Positions 14,301-24,510 of a stretch of DNA of 64,000 nt are shown one piece after another; position 1 is the first letter of the stretch; the number at the start of each line of letters is the position of its first letter. This DNA is from Ramazzottius varieornatus (taxonomy: Eukaryota; Animalia; Tardigrada), in NCBI GenBank assembly GCA_001949185.1, contig BDGG01000002.1, forward strand, positions 1,385,145 to 1,449,144, read 5' to 3'. Under the pieces are notes generated by a model. That model did no database searches, was not told the origin of the DNA, and saw only the letters and a program-made list of their open reading frames with translations. Made by a program: the position numbers and the translations under genes.

Positions 14301-15900
14301 TGACGTACTGGCGTTCGTCAAAAAGGGCTTTGAGAAGCCCTTCCTTAACGGGTGGAAGATAGGGCGAGTCACATAAAGTATCGTAATCAGACTTACGAAG
14401 TTTCAGTGGGCCTTGTCGGGTGTGGTGGTACTTGCGTTTGTGGTTAGCTCGTCTCCTATCGCCGATGTCGCTGTCTGGCTCGGAAGACTGGGCTTCGTCG
14501 CTGCTAGACTCGTCGGACGAGTAGGTGAGATCGATATCGTAGTGTGAGGAACGTTTGGGTTTCTTGGTGGTAGGTGACTGTGTGTTTGGAGTAGAGGTGG
14601 AGGCTTGGTTGAAGACAGGTTGGAGAGTGGTGGATGGTGAGAGGACGACTTCCGGTCGTTGCTGTGGTACCGATCGGGAGTTTCACAAAGCGATAAAGCG
14701 ACACAGGGAATTCTTCGGCACATCGAAGTCCGTCTGCGATCGAGAATTACTATGGGAACTAGTCCATCACCTGACCATTAAACACAATTATCGTGAACAA
14801 TAATTTTATCACTAGTCCACTGTACCGCACGCCTCCCTTCTTTTGCTTAGTTGACGTTACATGGCTTTAAGGGACTCCAGTTTCTACCGGAATAACTTCT
14901 CAAGCCTTCTAATTCTCAACTTATCAACTTAAGCTCACTTGCCAGTTGATTTGCAACAGCTGGATGGAACCCAGCCTTCTTCTGGCAGGAATTAGTTGGT
15001 GCCGTGGAAAGCACCATTGTGATTCGTTCTCCGAAGTACCCATGGGGCGCCATAGAGAACAGGATCTCAAAAGTGCAACAGAAGGAACGCAAACAGTCTC
15101 ATCGTTCGGCTCAGCGAACACCGACAGACGGCGCATACAACGAGCACCTTATTAGTTGCTACGAATTTGTCGTCGCTACTGCGCAGGTTGGCATTACTGG
15201 AACATATCCCTCCAACTGTATCTGCTTTGAGTTTCATATCCGATATTTTTACCTTCCCCTTCCTTGGGCAGGTTCTCAACGAGTGTTGTTTACCGGTCAG
15301 TTCAAGCCTGCGGCACTGCTGTGGTGGTCGGAAACTGACAAGCGCCATGTTGAATCGAACTTTTCATAATGAGGGATCTCATGTACAGCTGACGAAGTCT
15401 GGAATGCGCATAATCACGCCCACCATTCAGTTCCACAATCCTGCGACTCGGTCTTTCCATGTACATCTTATTGAATCAGAACTATTCTTTTGTTGCATCA
15501 ACTTCCAATTCGGTTTTGCTAGGTCGTGTTTGAATTTGACTCGCAAGCCGACACGCTAGCTGATGTGAATTTAAAGGCGATACGATGGAAGAACGGCATG
15601 GTTCCGTCGGATTCGCCAGTCTGCGGGTTACGTGGCGAACTTTGCAGCCAGCTTAACTACAGTCTCATCTGGATTACACTTACTGCCGCTCTTTTGGCAG
15701 TTATCTGCTGTGGTACGATGTAGGTATTTCGGTAGCACCCTTCCTGATCCAGAGGACCACAGCGTCCAACAATTTTTGATTGAATGTTTTTATCAAACGG
15801 AAATAATTCTTTGACAGAATATTCCGGTGGGTTTTGGCGAAACGGACCAGATGCTGGTTGTGTCTGCATCATCAAGTCATCATCGCAACCAGGCACCACT
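8398..15900 (+). CDS. ANF-receptor/receptor guanylyl cyclase-type ectodomain + TM protein, TE-interrupted, probably disabled
   Basis: Signal-like N-terminus; LLRRFGWTKLTIV (9128 ORF); LTADKMNMTGGDF|VFL; MLNRTF; juxtamembrane IRWKNGMVPSDSPVCGLRGELC followed by a TM segment (15526 ORF). No kinase-homology or cyclase domain is seen downstream. Confidence 0.65.
9619..9891. mobile_element. MITE with ~65-bp TIRs, CCC...GGG ends (piggyBac-like)
   Basis: CCCTGTTCGGACGAGCCTCTGATCCATTATACTGAC is matched by GTCAGTATAATGGATCAGAGGCTCGTCCGAACAGGG. The left flank is TTAA but the right flank is TAGA, so the TSD is imperfect. Confidence 0.85.
10157..10401. mobile_element. hAT-like MITE with 8-bp TSD
   Basis: CAGTG...CACTG ends; subterminal IR ATTGAATTTTAATTCTTTTTA / TAAAAAGAATTAAAATTTAAT; flanks TTTGACAC and TTTGAAAC (7/8 match). 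Confidence 0.7.
11080..12144 (-). CDS. Tyrosine recombinase of the DIRS/Ngaro element
   Basis: YLRASE (R), SKTDQ (K), HGFRIG (HxxR), GRWKS..Y..Y. By hand translation the frame is open to 12144 (STRATYSAAVRQF..YLSGI..RLPIT) and overlaps the RT end; first ATG at 11667. Confidence 0.93.
   Translation of the reverse strand, partial: RSFAFSEREVPPDSTNGRHIPGPRTERTRGIAADLRPLVSLKYQREVNDLLHHHIGASTRATYSAAVRQFTLFCQSHAHDHYRWYPNVILQYIGFLHTKQISYSTAKVYLSGINNNFVEQGQESFLKHPDIARSLQGFKRLHPTPKDRRLPITLTTLRYMKQRLTSEPLISPLDKALFWSACTLAYSGYLRASEFTARRGPASHTLQFRDVKVKQQSISLLLRTSKTDQYAKGNKIRIPATGRSVCPVAAIREYLQLRPDTETQDGPFFVRLRSAPLTHSFFASTLKSCLSGFPNASRYSTHGFRIGAATEASRQGLNPDEIRQAGRWKSTCYAGYIRKKSHATGLNIYSNLLN
12021..13787 (-). 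CDS. Reverse transcriptase-RNase H of the DIRS/Ngaro element
   Basis: RIIMDLS, KEDVKAAFRLIP, LPFGCRSSP and YVDD motifs; RNase H motifs YTDAS, LEM, HCD and NNIADALSR; uninterrupted 588-aa ORF. Confidence 0.95.
   Translation of the reverse strand: MASVPTSHAPMPSPTLAPTAKSLAIPASTATAIPIGTTATTGTNKAIGQEAVVIPHKASTPLKSNTFRRYLRDHPDRGFVQMVLDIIDNGADIGFNGPRYPRFTKNSATAREFSEVLLKSITKEVASGHSVGPFSSPPFPNFVVSSLGVREKKTGGHRIIMDLSRPFGDSVNDHISPEDYSLAFCSVDDACNMLQTVGKGALMAKEDVKAAFRLIPVRPPDWPLLGYMVRGSYYFDVVLPFGCRSSPFLFCLFSYAVHWILEHHTQHHNILHYVDDFLIIGRTECPHVVSEMRRLCHELGVPLATEKAEGPSTSLTFLGIQLDSVAQTLSLPQSKTDEIMALLVTWSDADTITRTELQSLIGKLQFAAKCVPAGRLFTRRLIQLLTSHYRSPHRKIPLSEDFRLDILWWRTFLPKWNGKTSFLDINWTCSSVLQLYTDASATLGMGGYFNGQWFQSRWPTWVIEKAPCIEYLEMLPILIALLVWGKSFHRKRLVFHCDKLGAVFAWEKLGSSNSAVLDLMRRMTTIAAENNFTLTIKHISGVNNNIADALSRFLRERFRQIAPTADTYPVHVPNVLEELQQTYDRWYP
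13594..14682 (-). CDS. Gag-like ORF of the DIRS/Ngaro element (N-terminus missing)
   Basis: WLAYDARLR motif and zinc finger CKRYNRGQC...C...HSCSYCKKPGH. The frame stays open upstream through an S/T/P-rich region to a stop at 14683-14685, with no ATG before 14130. Confidence 0.85.
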   Translation of the reverse strand, partial: NSRSVPQQRPEVVLSPSTTLQPVFNQASTSTPNTQSPTTKKPKRSSHYDIDLTYSSDESSSDEAQSSEPDSDIGDRRRANHKRKYHHTRQGPLKLRKSDYDTLCDSPYLPPVKEGLLKALFDERQYVKISDLTEENRIPGAEKTKGHSTQVTTDAETGQLALKPATKVSSITTFTEYVECFTVLMAYRVTVNPKLALPMTSYLNVMAELAHPDRGFPSDKWLAYDARLRITAARHPTDLSLWSTVHADIKQRTCLTNSNGLSISREHGHKVQVRVTESYNQPFRTNPAADGEICKRYNRGQCPDEPCPNAFSHSCSYCKKPGHTRFYCNRNPDRYHSNDRNQQGDRSGGSRHTAQSLNSTKV

Positions 15901-15924
15901 AAAGCCAACGATGAAAATGAAGTA

Positions 15925-16114
15925 AACGCGCGAAGGGAACGTTTAGAGCAGTTAAGAGTTTGGATCAGGCGATCCCGAAACAGCGGAACGGAAGTACGTG
16001 CGTACGTGTGCAGTTCATAGCAATGCACTTTTTGGCAATTTTCTTCGGTTGATTTTGCCGTCTTTACCGTCCGATCCAAACTCTTTACTGCTCCAAACTT
16101 TCCCCTCGCGCGTG
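15925..16114. mobile_element. MITE, TA-flanked CACGC-end family (subtype B)
   Basis: TIRs (A/C)ACGCGCGAAGGGAACGTTTAGAGCAGT...ACTGCTCCAAACTTTCCCCTCGCGCGTG. A clearly similar second copy is at 26185-26388 (shared CCGAAACAGCGGAACGGAAG core). Confidence 0.85.
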
Positions 16115-17769
16115 TACATTCCTAGGATACGAAATAGCAAGCGAAGTAGTGGGAAAGTTTTGATTTTTCGTTATTCATATTTTTGCTGTATTTTCCTTCT
16201 TGCTTTGGCACAATGGCAGGTTTCAGTGAGAAATTAGTACAAACTGGTTTCTGCGTAACGTCCGGCCATACAGTCTTCAAAGAGCGAGTAGAAAACTGTG
16301 ATGACAAACGGCCAAAAAAACCGGTCATGTCACTGGACAGACTCACATCCTGTTCGAACACGGGTGCGAAGGACTTCTTACTTGTAGCGGAGCCTTTGCA
16401 GTAATTCAGTAATACCAAATACCAACTGACATTCTTCGGTGATTAGGCGCGAAATCGTATATGTTATGCGCACAAAGGTCGAACGTGCACCTAATCCAGT
16501 ACTTGATCCGCAAGCCTACGTCGAAAGGTACAAGCTCATCACAGTCCGCTGCAACGGAAAGTTTGATGTCCTTCAGGCCAACATGGCGGTTTCTGTGAGC
16601 TGCATTCCTACGATACTCCCGCGGTCTTGCTGCTGTTTGTATTCTTCCAGATTATGGCTTCACTAAAACCGCTGTCTCCGGTTTCAAAAGGTTGCGCGAC
16701 ATGACGTTTTGGAAAAGGAAAATTTCCTACTTTCCATTCCAAGGGCCTTTGGCCTGGCATTATTTACGACCTTGGAAATGCTGGTACGGTCAACGCATCG
16801 ATACTCTCAGCCCCCTTTGGGGACTTGGGGACTGGATTAGTCGGATATCTAGACTGGTCGGATATCTTGCGGAGTTTACACCGCAGGAGTATCATGAAAT
16901 TTAATTTCATTGTCGGAGACACTCGGGGAAGGAACCCTAATTTGTAAACGCTCTACGGGATCCAATCAGATAGAACAACCTAAAATCGCATCCTAAAAGA
17001 CCTCTGCTTGGCTTAGTGTCATTTCCTATAGAGAAGTAGATCCAGATCCCATCCGACTGGAAAAGGTCACCCATGAATCATCACACCAACCAATGGAAAA
17101 ACGACCGGTTAAAGAGGGGTTGCGAAACGATCTAGGTGCATCGAGTTGGTGCTAAACCTGCCGAAACCCATTCCTTGGAACGGCTCAACAACGGTAGAGC
17201 TCAGCAGGTGCATCCCCACCACCACATCCCACCCACCCCAACACAACCATTCACAGGTGGAGGTGCAAAACCAAGATTATGAGGCAACAGCCCAAACGCT
17301 ATGAGCAGTGCTCCAGGCAGGCTCCCGTACGAACGAACAACGGAGGCGCGAAGCGTCAGAGTGCAAGCCGGCAGGGGGCACAAGGCCTCAGCCCCCTGTC
17401 GTAACAAATATATCGGACAGGCTTCATTTGGCACTGACGAATGCCTAGACATATACGCGGTTTGACTCCTTCAGAGCATGGACGGAGAACGATCTCCTGG
17501 TTCTCGGGGACCGAGGTGGAGCGCCGGGTGTTACCAGCTCAAACCTGTGCAACAACAGGAATAGACTGACAATGGGTTTTGGGCAGACGAACAAGCCGGT
17601 GCAGTCCCTTGACCCCCTCACGGTAGGGAAAACCCGAAATGGACGGTAAATCTGACTCTTTGCAGCCATATATCGTTTTGCTGGTGCTTGACAAACGTCA
17701 TATAATTCCCAATATCCCCGTCCAGCAAGGCTCTGCATCAAACGTGGGTTACTCCAGCTTGCAGTTGTG

Positions 17770-18160
17770 ACCACATTGTTCACCCGAGCATCGAGGTGGC
17801 CGGCTCGGACGGGTCATTTCGTCAGGTCTTTCCTCTCCGACAAAGAAAAACCGCGACAGATCAGGCATCATTGCGAACAGAGAAGGTTCATCAAGACCGT
17901 TAGGTCGTTTGACTATGACATTGGTGGCCATCCAGCTGGTACTGGAATTGCCCATCACGGTGCTCACCATTCTCAAAGGGGTCCATCCTACGCCGTATTG
18001 TGTCATCGATCTGTACGATCTGTTTTATGTCATTGGGGTGGTTTCTCTTTGGGCTGACCCATTTTTGTACTTGGCCTTTCTGCACGAACTAAGGCGGGAT
18101 ATGGGTAGCTTACTTTTGCCCGCTCTCTTGGCATCCCCAAGAATAGAGGCTGCTGATTGA
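17770..18160 (+). pseudogene. Rhodopsin-family GPCR C-terminal fragment (TM6-TM7)
   Basis: LVAIQLVLELPITV (TM6-like) and WADPFLY..F..ELR (DPxxY plus helix 8). Upstream helices are not recognisable. Confidence 0.5.
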
Positions 18161-18732
18161 TAACGGCGTCTTGATGATCAGTTCATATGTGTTTCTTGAC
18201 CCAATAGCTTAGATCGTCTGCCCTACAAAACCTAATTAAACTTCCCGATCACTTTCGTCCTAACTTTACGCTGGAAGGATGACGTGGAATTCTGGGCACA
18301 AAGGCATCTTCCGTTTATTTGAATTTGAGTAAGCTCGAGGCTGTTCCTGAAGGCTACAAAGAGCCAGCTACAAATGGTAAAGAATTCGAAATACTGTGGT
18401 AATCAACGCTTCGGGCGGTGCGCAGTTATACGCCGGTCGAAAACACTCGCAAAAATATTGCCGCACTACAAACTGCAAGGCAGAACAGTTTACCTTAGGT
18501 TACGTTATTCTCCCATTCATACCAGAATTTCCACTTGACGCTAATACCGAGTGAACCTTCTCGCCATGATTGATTAACTTCGACATTTTGATAAAAGTTC
18601 TATTTCACACAGTTGCTCGTTGTTCTGCTCCCAAACGGTGACGCGGAGGACAAAGCAGATTTGGGATGGAGAGTTGAAGGCAGCGCCATAGCTATCCCCA
18701 TCGGTTCGGAGCTTGGCCAAGTGGACATCGCC

Positions 18733-21063
18733 ATGACATCGCGATGGACCATCTTGGCCCTATGTTGCGTCCTCAGTTTCGCTCAGGATTTCTTTTACGA
18801 CCAAGCCAGTCCGCTGATCCAACGGCTAATTGGAACAGCAGTGGAATGCCGAAACGGCACCGACTTGTCCTGTCTGTACCTTGACTTGACTCAATACAGT
18901 TTCTTCTTTTCGTCCTACTCTTGGGCAGTCGGTGCTTCAGCTGTTGTGGCCGGCTTGGCCGTGGACCGTTATGGAACCAAAATCCCACTGAACATCTCGG
19001 CCTTCTTCTTCGTACTTGGAGGGTGAGTCCTATTTCGACTAGGACTGAACAATGACACTGTGGATATTTCCTTTGTGATTACTGAAATGGGAAGGAGCTA
19101 CTGTAGCTGGCAAGCGAACGTACAAGATTGTAGTCTCAAGTGGCGCGCGCTCTGGGCCAATAGAACCACAAGCGTGTGCCACTCGAGAAAACCATCGTGA
19201 CGACTTTGATTATCTTCCCAAACCGGCGCACGTTTACATTACTATTGGCCGAAAACGTGCACTTGGATACAACCTTGTTGAGTTGGTTTGTCGGGCTTCA
19301 CGAGAATGGTCTCCTTCATTTTGGATCGCGTTACTGAGCTAACGAATAGACATTTTCGATGGCCTGCGAGTCCTTTCCAGTTAACTGTATATCGGGGTTT
19401 TCTAACTTGCAGGTTGTTGTTCGTGGTTGGAAGCTACGTTGGCACCACTCAAGGCGCTTTCGGCGTGATGTTGGCAGGCCGTATCCTGAACGGAGTGGGA
19501 ACCGCCGGCTTTGTGACCATCTCTAACCGCATCAAGTCATCTTGGTTCCAGTACCATGAACTCAGTCTAGCCTTCGCTGTCGATATAGTGGCCGGTCGAC
19601 TAGGCAGTTCCCTCAGTTTTCTAATTATGGGCGCCATCGTTAATTACGTGGGGCTGTCCGGATGTTTATGGATTGCCTTTGTTATTGTGCTGATCGCCGG
19701 CTTTTGTGCCACCTACCTGGCCTTGATCGAACAACAAGCAGCGTTCCCTACTGAAGCAATCATCAAGAAAACCTGGCGACAAGTCTTCGGGTTCTTCTTC
19801 CGATTGTCCACGTTCTTTGTGGTTTTTGCACTGGCCGTTGGTCTGCTGTACGGAGTTGCATCAACCTTCACTGCCAATGCAGCTGGCATGTTAGCTGTAA
19901 GTCTTCCCCGAATACCTAAAAGTCTTTATTTATTATTATTATATTATTATTCGTATTTTTCTATTTGCCTCCATTTTGTTGTATTTGTATTGTGTGCTGG
20001 ACCCAATCTTGACTTTTCGATGATTTTTTTTTCCAGCAAGTTCACGGATATTCGGAATCGGAAGCCAGCTACATTGCCGGCATCGTTTACTACATTTGCC
20101 TTCTGGGGCCGCTGGTCGGTATCGCGCTTGACCGGTTTGGATACCGAGACTACTGGATAAGTGCCTCCAGCGTCATCTTCGTCTTCGCCTTCTTGATTTA
20201 CTTCATACCGACGACGCCTGGATGGCTTCTTTGCGTTTTCATTGGACTTTCCTATGCCATCTTCCCTCCCGCGGCATGGGCGGCTCTGTCCTTGATCGTC
20301 AGACCCGAGACGATCGGGCTCTCCAACGGCATCGTCAAGTTCAGCCAGTACTTCGGATCGGGCTTCATTCTAACAGGTATGGAAATCTGAGCGCGATTCA
20401 CCGGAAAGCCATGGAACAAAATTAGAGGACAGCAAACGAAACATCCGATGTCGTCAAGTCAAGTGGCGCATTTTTTTACTGCTGCTGGCTGGAAACGTGC
20501 GCCACTCACAAGAAGGGTCATGTCGAGTCTAATTATATTCTCAAGTGACGCACGTTCTCAGTTTAATTGGCTGGACGTCTGCGTTACTGGGAAAGACGAT
20601 CATGGACAATTCGTTTCGCTGGCTTCCAAAGTATATCCGCTCTAAGATTTTCTTTTACGTCGTCCAGCTCAGATTTCGATGTCAGCTGATTGCAGGTGGC
20701 GGTATCATCTTGGATGAGAACAGCGGAGAAGGTCCGAGCCGCTACCGGTCTTTCATCATCTACTTGATTGTACTGTCTCTTGCCGCTACATTTCTGTGTA
20801 TCTGCATGAACTGGCTAAATGAGAGGGAAGGTAAGCCTTTGACGCCTTCTCAACAAGAGCGCCATTTTGTATTTACCGGTGGGGAACCTATGGGGGCGGG
20901 ATCCAGAACGGTGGCGACTCCGGCTACGCCTAAGCCTGTCCTCAAACTTCCGCCTATGGAGTTCGCCGTCTTCAAGGACTCGTCCGGTATGCCTTCAACT
21001 TCGAACAACGACAACAACAACGGTGGACTTTCACGCAACTATAGTCGAAAATATGGCATTTGA
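18733..21063 (+). CDS. MFSD1: MFS transporter, MFSD1-like
   Basis: FFYDQASPL, QYSFFFSSYSW, GLAVDRYG, MLAGRILNGVG, WFQYHELSLAFA..GRLGS; multiple TM exons separated by GT-AG introns. Confidence 0.8.
19100..19300. repeat. GTGGCGCAC-N25-GTGCGCCAC element, 2 units (MFSD1 intron)
   Basis: Boxes at about 19138 and 19222; spacers 25 and 25. Confidence 0.8.
20430..20620. repeat. GTGGCGCAC-N25 element, 2 units (MFSD1 intron)
   Basis: Boxes at about 20461 and 20544; spacers 25 and 25. Confidence 0.8.
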
Positions 21064-21367
21064 GACTGCTTGCTGTCGTCAAACGATAACAGAAAAGAAA
21101 ATACGATATTCGGACGAAGCACGTAAATTGAGAATAATGCAACGATTGAAGACCGAAAAATTACAGTACAATTTCGCAAGAAAAAGAGCTAGCAACTCGC
21201 AAACCTTACGTAAAGCCAGAAAATACAGCAAAGCACAAAACATAAGAATAAATTCTGCTTCGCTCGTAAGGTGTGTAACGCGCCATACGGATTATCGAAA
21301 AAAGTAACTTAGAGTAAAACACTAGGAGCTACAACTTTGGCTAGCCGCATAACTTGTCGATCCGACT

Positions 21368-24300
21368 TCACACAGCAGGAACGGTAAATCCTCCATTTCG
21401 GTGAACATGTTCGTGGTCAGTGCCACTGTCGGCTAGACGATGGTCACCGTTGGTCATGTGGTGGTGTCCGTTTTCCTTGGGAAGGTCCTCGACAGGAGTT
21501 TCCTGCGAAAAGAACATTATAGCAATAGCAGAAAAAAGGCCGAAGTTTTCCCACGAGTTTTTCGAGAGGATATGAGACCAACCTGGACGATCATGGTTTT
21601 GTGGACTTCCTTCACAACCACAACGTCTCCATCTGTGAAGGCTGTGGGCTGTTCCTTGACTGTCATAGTACGTTCCGTAACGACGTGGTCTGTGTCGATG
21701 GGGACGATACCGTTCAAGGTGACGCCACCGTTGTTCTCCTCGTGACCATTCTGTGCCGCGTAGTTGCCATTTCCGTTCATGATGGGTGCGCCCTCTGTCG
21801 TGGTGCTGCTGTTGACCGACGGGGTGTGCTTGACAGACTCCTTCTTCTTTTCTTTCTCCGTCTTCACGGCTTGGCAGATCTCTTCCCAATCCGGCCACAC
21901 TTCTGCCTTGATGCGGTCGCAATATTCGACGATATTCGGGTACTGCTCTGCAAATATCCAAAAACCATTCGCAAAATATTCAGATTTATTCCGGAAATGA
22001 CTGAAAGTAAGTATGCACAAAACATCCGTAAAAAGGGTGCAAAATTATTTTTCAAGAGCAAAATAAAATCTACAAACATAGGAGACACGTAATTTTGATG
22101 ATGCGAACGCTTATTTTCTCATGCACGATTGAACATGAAAAATGTCTGTCAATCAAGCAAAGGAAGAAAAAAACTTCAAATATTGTATCAACAGTTTATT
22201 TCGTTGGCGTTCCTGTCGGCAAAGACTGAACTTCGGACTAGGTTAGTACAGAGTGTTTGTGGACATGGAGAAGTCAGCTGGTATATGGTTTGTTTGGGCG
22301 CCAAGGCTGAAGACCTGTTTGTGCAACGTGGACCCACACAGAGTTCCACAATGTCATCACTTGAACGTACCTCTGACAAAGCTGGCCAAAGGACATGTCT
22401 GGCTGGCATAAACCAGCTGGGCAAATAGTCCGAACATTGTGCAGTCAATCTCGCTTGACAAGTCACCCATGAAGAATTTCTTCGAGCCTGCAATACAATC
22501 ATAACAAACATTAATACTTATATGCATAAACAATCCCGTTTCAATTACCAATAACCTCCATTGTTGCCCCCATACCTTCCCCATCTCAAAGTTCACGGCA
22601 CATACTGAAAAAGAGCTGAAATAAAACGATCGAATTCTGGGGGGTCTAAGTCGCGCGTCTTCGACACATAACTTCATGGAAACCTTAATCACCAATCCAT
22701 CTCTCCCAAAACGTGGCGGGAGATCGGAAAATCAACTAACAAATTAAGCTCGACAGCATAGCCTTCCCAAGTGGCGCACTTTTTCCGTGATAGTGGGTGG
22801 AAGGATGCACCACTTGGGACAGCGATTTGGCCGACTTTGCTTTGCTGAGCTCCAATGTAATTTGTTTCGACAAATTCTGATGTCTTTTTGTATGATGGTC
22901 TCAAATTTTTGATTCTGACTGCTTTAAAAAGGATTCAATTTACCAGGAAGACGATAAGAAAAGGCGTATGCACTCGGCGGTTCCGCTCTATTACAAGTCC
23001 GGCACACTGACGTGTTCCATTACGCATGTCGAGGCGCACTTATCGTTATAAACTGCACCAGTTCAAATTTTCCGCCCCATTATTGTATGCACTGTTCCGT
23101 CATCCCATGACAGACGCGCTGACCAGCCCTTCCGCTGAGGACAAACCTTACCCAAAAAATCGCCGACGGCTCGAATATCGTCCTCGCCGATCTTCATCAC
23201 CTCAGCTTGGGTGTGGCGTCCAATGCCCTGGCCATTGGTGTAGTTTTTGATCTTGTTGGACAAGAGCTTGCTCGTCACGAATCCCTTCACCTTGCCTGAA
23301 GTCACCTGCTTCAACGTCGTCTCGTCCTTATCGTAGACCCAGCGCCACAAAGCCAACACCCTACAAAGCGAGAAGAAAATGAATGCAGATTTTGCTGTGC
23401 AACAAATCTTCGCTTACACTCGTGTTCAAAAGCATGTTCATCTTCGGGTTAATTTAATTTTTCTGTCATAAGCAACCCAGGCCTGATTTTTGCCAACTCA
23501 ACATTTGGGAGATAGAAAAACAAATTTGACAAGGAAGCATTCCCAAGTGCCGCAAGATTCCAGCCAACAACAATGGAGAAGTACGCCACTTGGAAGAATG
23601 CTCCAACTTTTCAAGATCAATTCCCTGCGTGTCGCGCATCTACCCTTTTATTTAGCCAGAGGCGTGCGCCGCTGGGAAAATTCCTACAGCTCTTCTTTGT
23701 CAGACCTTGTTTTCGGTTTCGTGCGGCCAAACTGACATTATAATAATTTCTAGCATTTTCAAGAGAAAGGCTGAGTTCGTTATGTGCATTCTTACCAGCT
23801 CAGTTCTTCCTCGACCATCTTCTGGAAGGCTCGGCAAATGGCTCGTTCTGGTCCGTCCATTCCAGCAATGAGGTCCACGCCGGTAGCAGTCTTCAAGAAC
23901 TCGATGCACATGGAAGAGTCCGCCACGTTCTGGTTGTTGAATGTGATCCAGGGGCATTTACCCTTGCCGGGAGACTGTGGCTTGGAGAAGTCGTTCTGTA
24001 AATATCGGAGCAAACACACTTGAGATACCCCGATTCAATGCAGGCTGACCATTGTGCGCCAAGTCTTCACGCTCTTCTGACCATACTCGACACGTGGCTC
24101 GAGCGCTACTAAATCAATAAAAATCTCTAAATATGAAAGGGAGTCATGTGTACTTGATAGCTGATCTTGGCCAGACGAAGATACGTTTCCAGCTTCAGAG
24201 CGAATGGTGACAGGCTAGGTGCCGCCTGCATCCGAGGGAACTGATGTAAGATAACCTTTTCCGGTTCAACCGGTGTGACCGGTGCGGCGGCCAGATTTTC

Positions 24301-24510
24301 CCTGAAACGAACCGGAAAATTCAAATCACCAAATTCCACAAACGACCGTTCGATCAGGAGAGATCTCCATTGCATATAAGTGATATACCGATCCCTCAAG
24401 TGCACATTTTCATACGATTCTCCTAAAACGTGTATTCATGCCTTTTTCGGAAATCTCGTTGCGAAAAGAATCGTTAGGCGAAGTAGACAGAATCTCACTT
24501 ACTTGGACAT
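21368..24510 (-). CDS. fax: Failed axon connections (metaxin/GST-like) protein
   Basis: VILHQFPR..PSLSPFALKLETYLR, KGKCPWITFN..VADS..CIEFL, GQGIGRH, KKFFMGD..IDCTMFGLFAQ, YCDRIKAEVWPDW. Tiny first exon ATGTCCAA|GTAAGT. Confidence 0.92.
22735..22850. repeat. GTGGCGCAC-N25 element, 1 unit (fax intron)
   Basis: CCCAAGTGGCGCAC-25-ATGCACCACTTGGG. Confidence 0.8.
23510..23700. repeat. GTGGCGCAC-N25 element, 2 units (fax intron)
   Basis: Spacers 25 and 24. Confidence 0.75.

Larger units (their letters stand above)
10880..14680 (-). mobile_element. Tyrosine-recombinase retrotransposon (DIRS order, Ngaro-like), 5'-truncated
   Basis: Three overlapping ORFs in the order gag, RT/RNaseH, YR, with no methyltransferase domain. 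The structured 3' tail includes a CTCTGAGCT..AGCTCAGAG hairpin at about 11029-11064. The 3' boundary is approximate. Confidence 0.93.

Noticed and set aside
16400-17750. Possible LTR or TE remnant
   Set aside because: No terminal repeats, TSD or coding motif that I can support.
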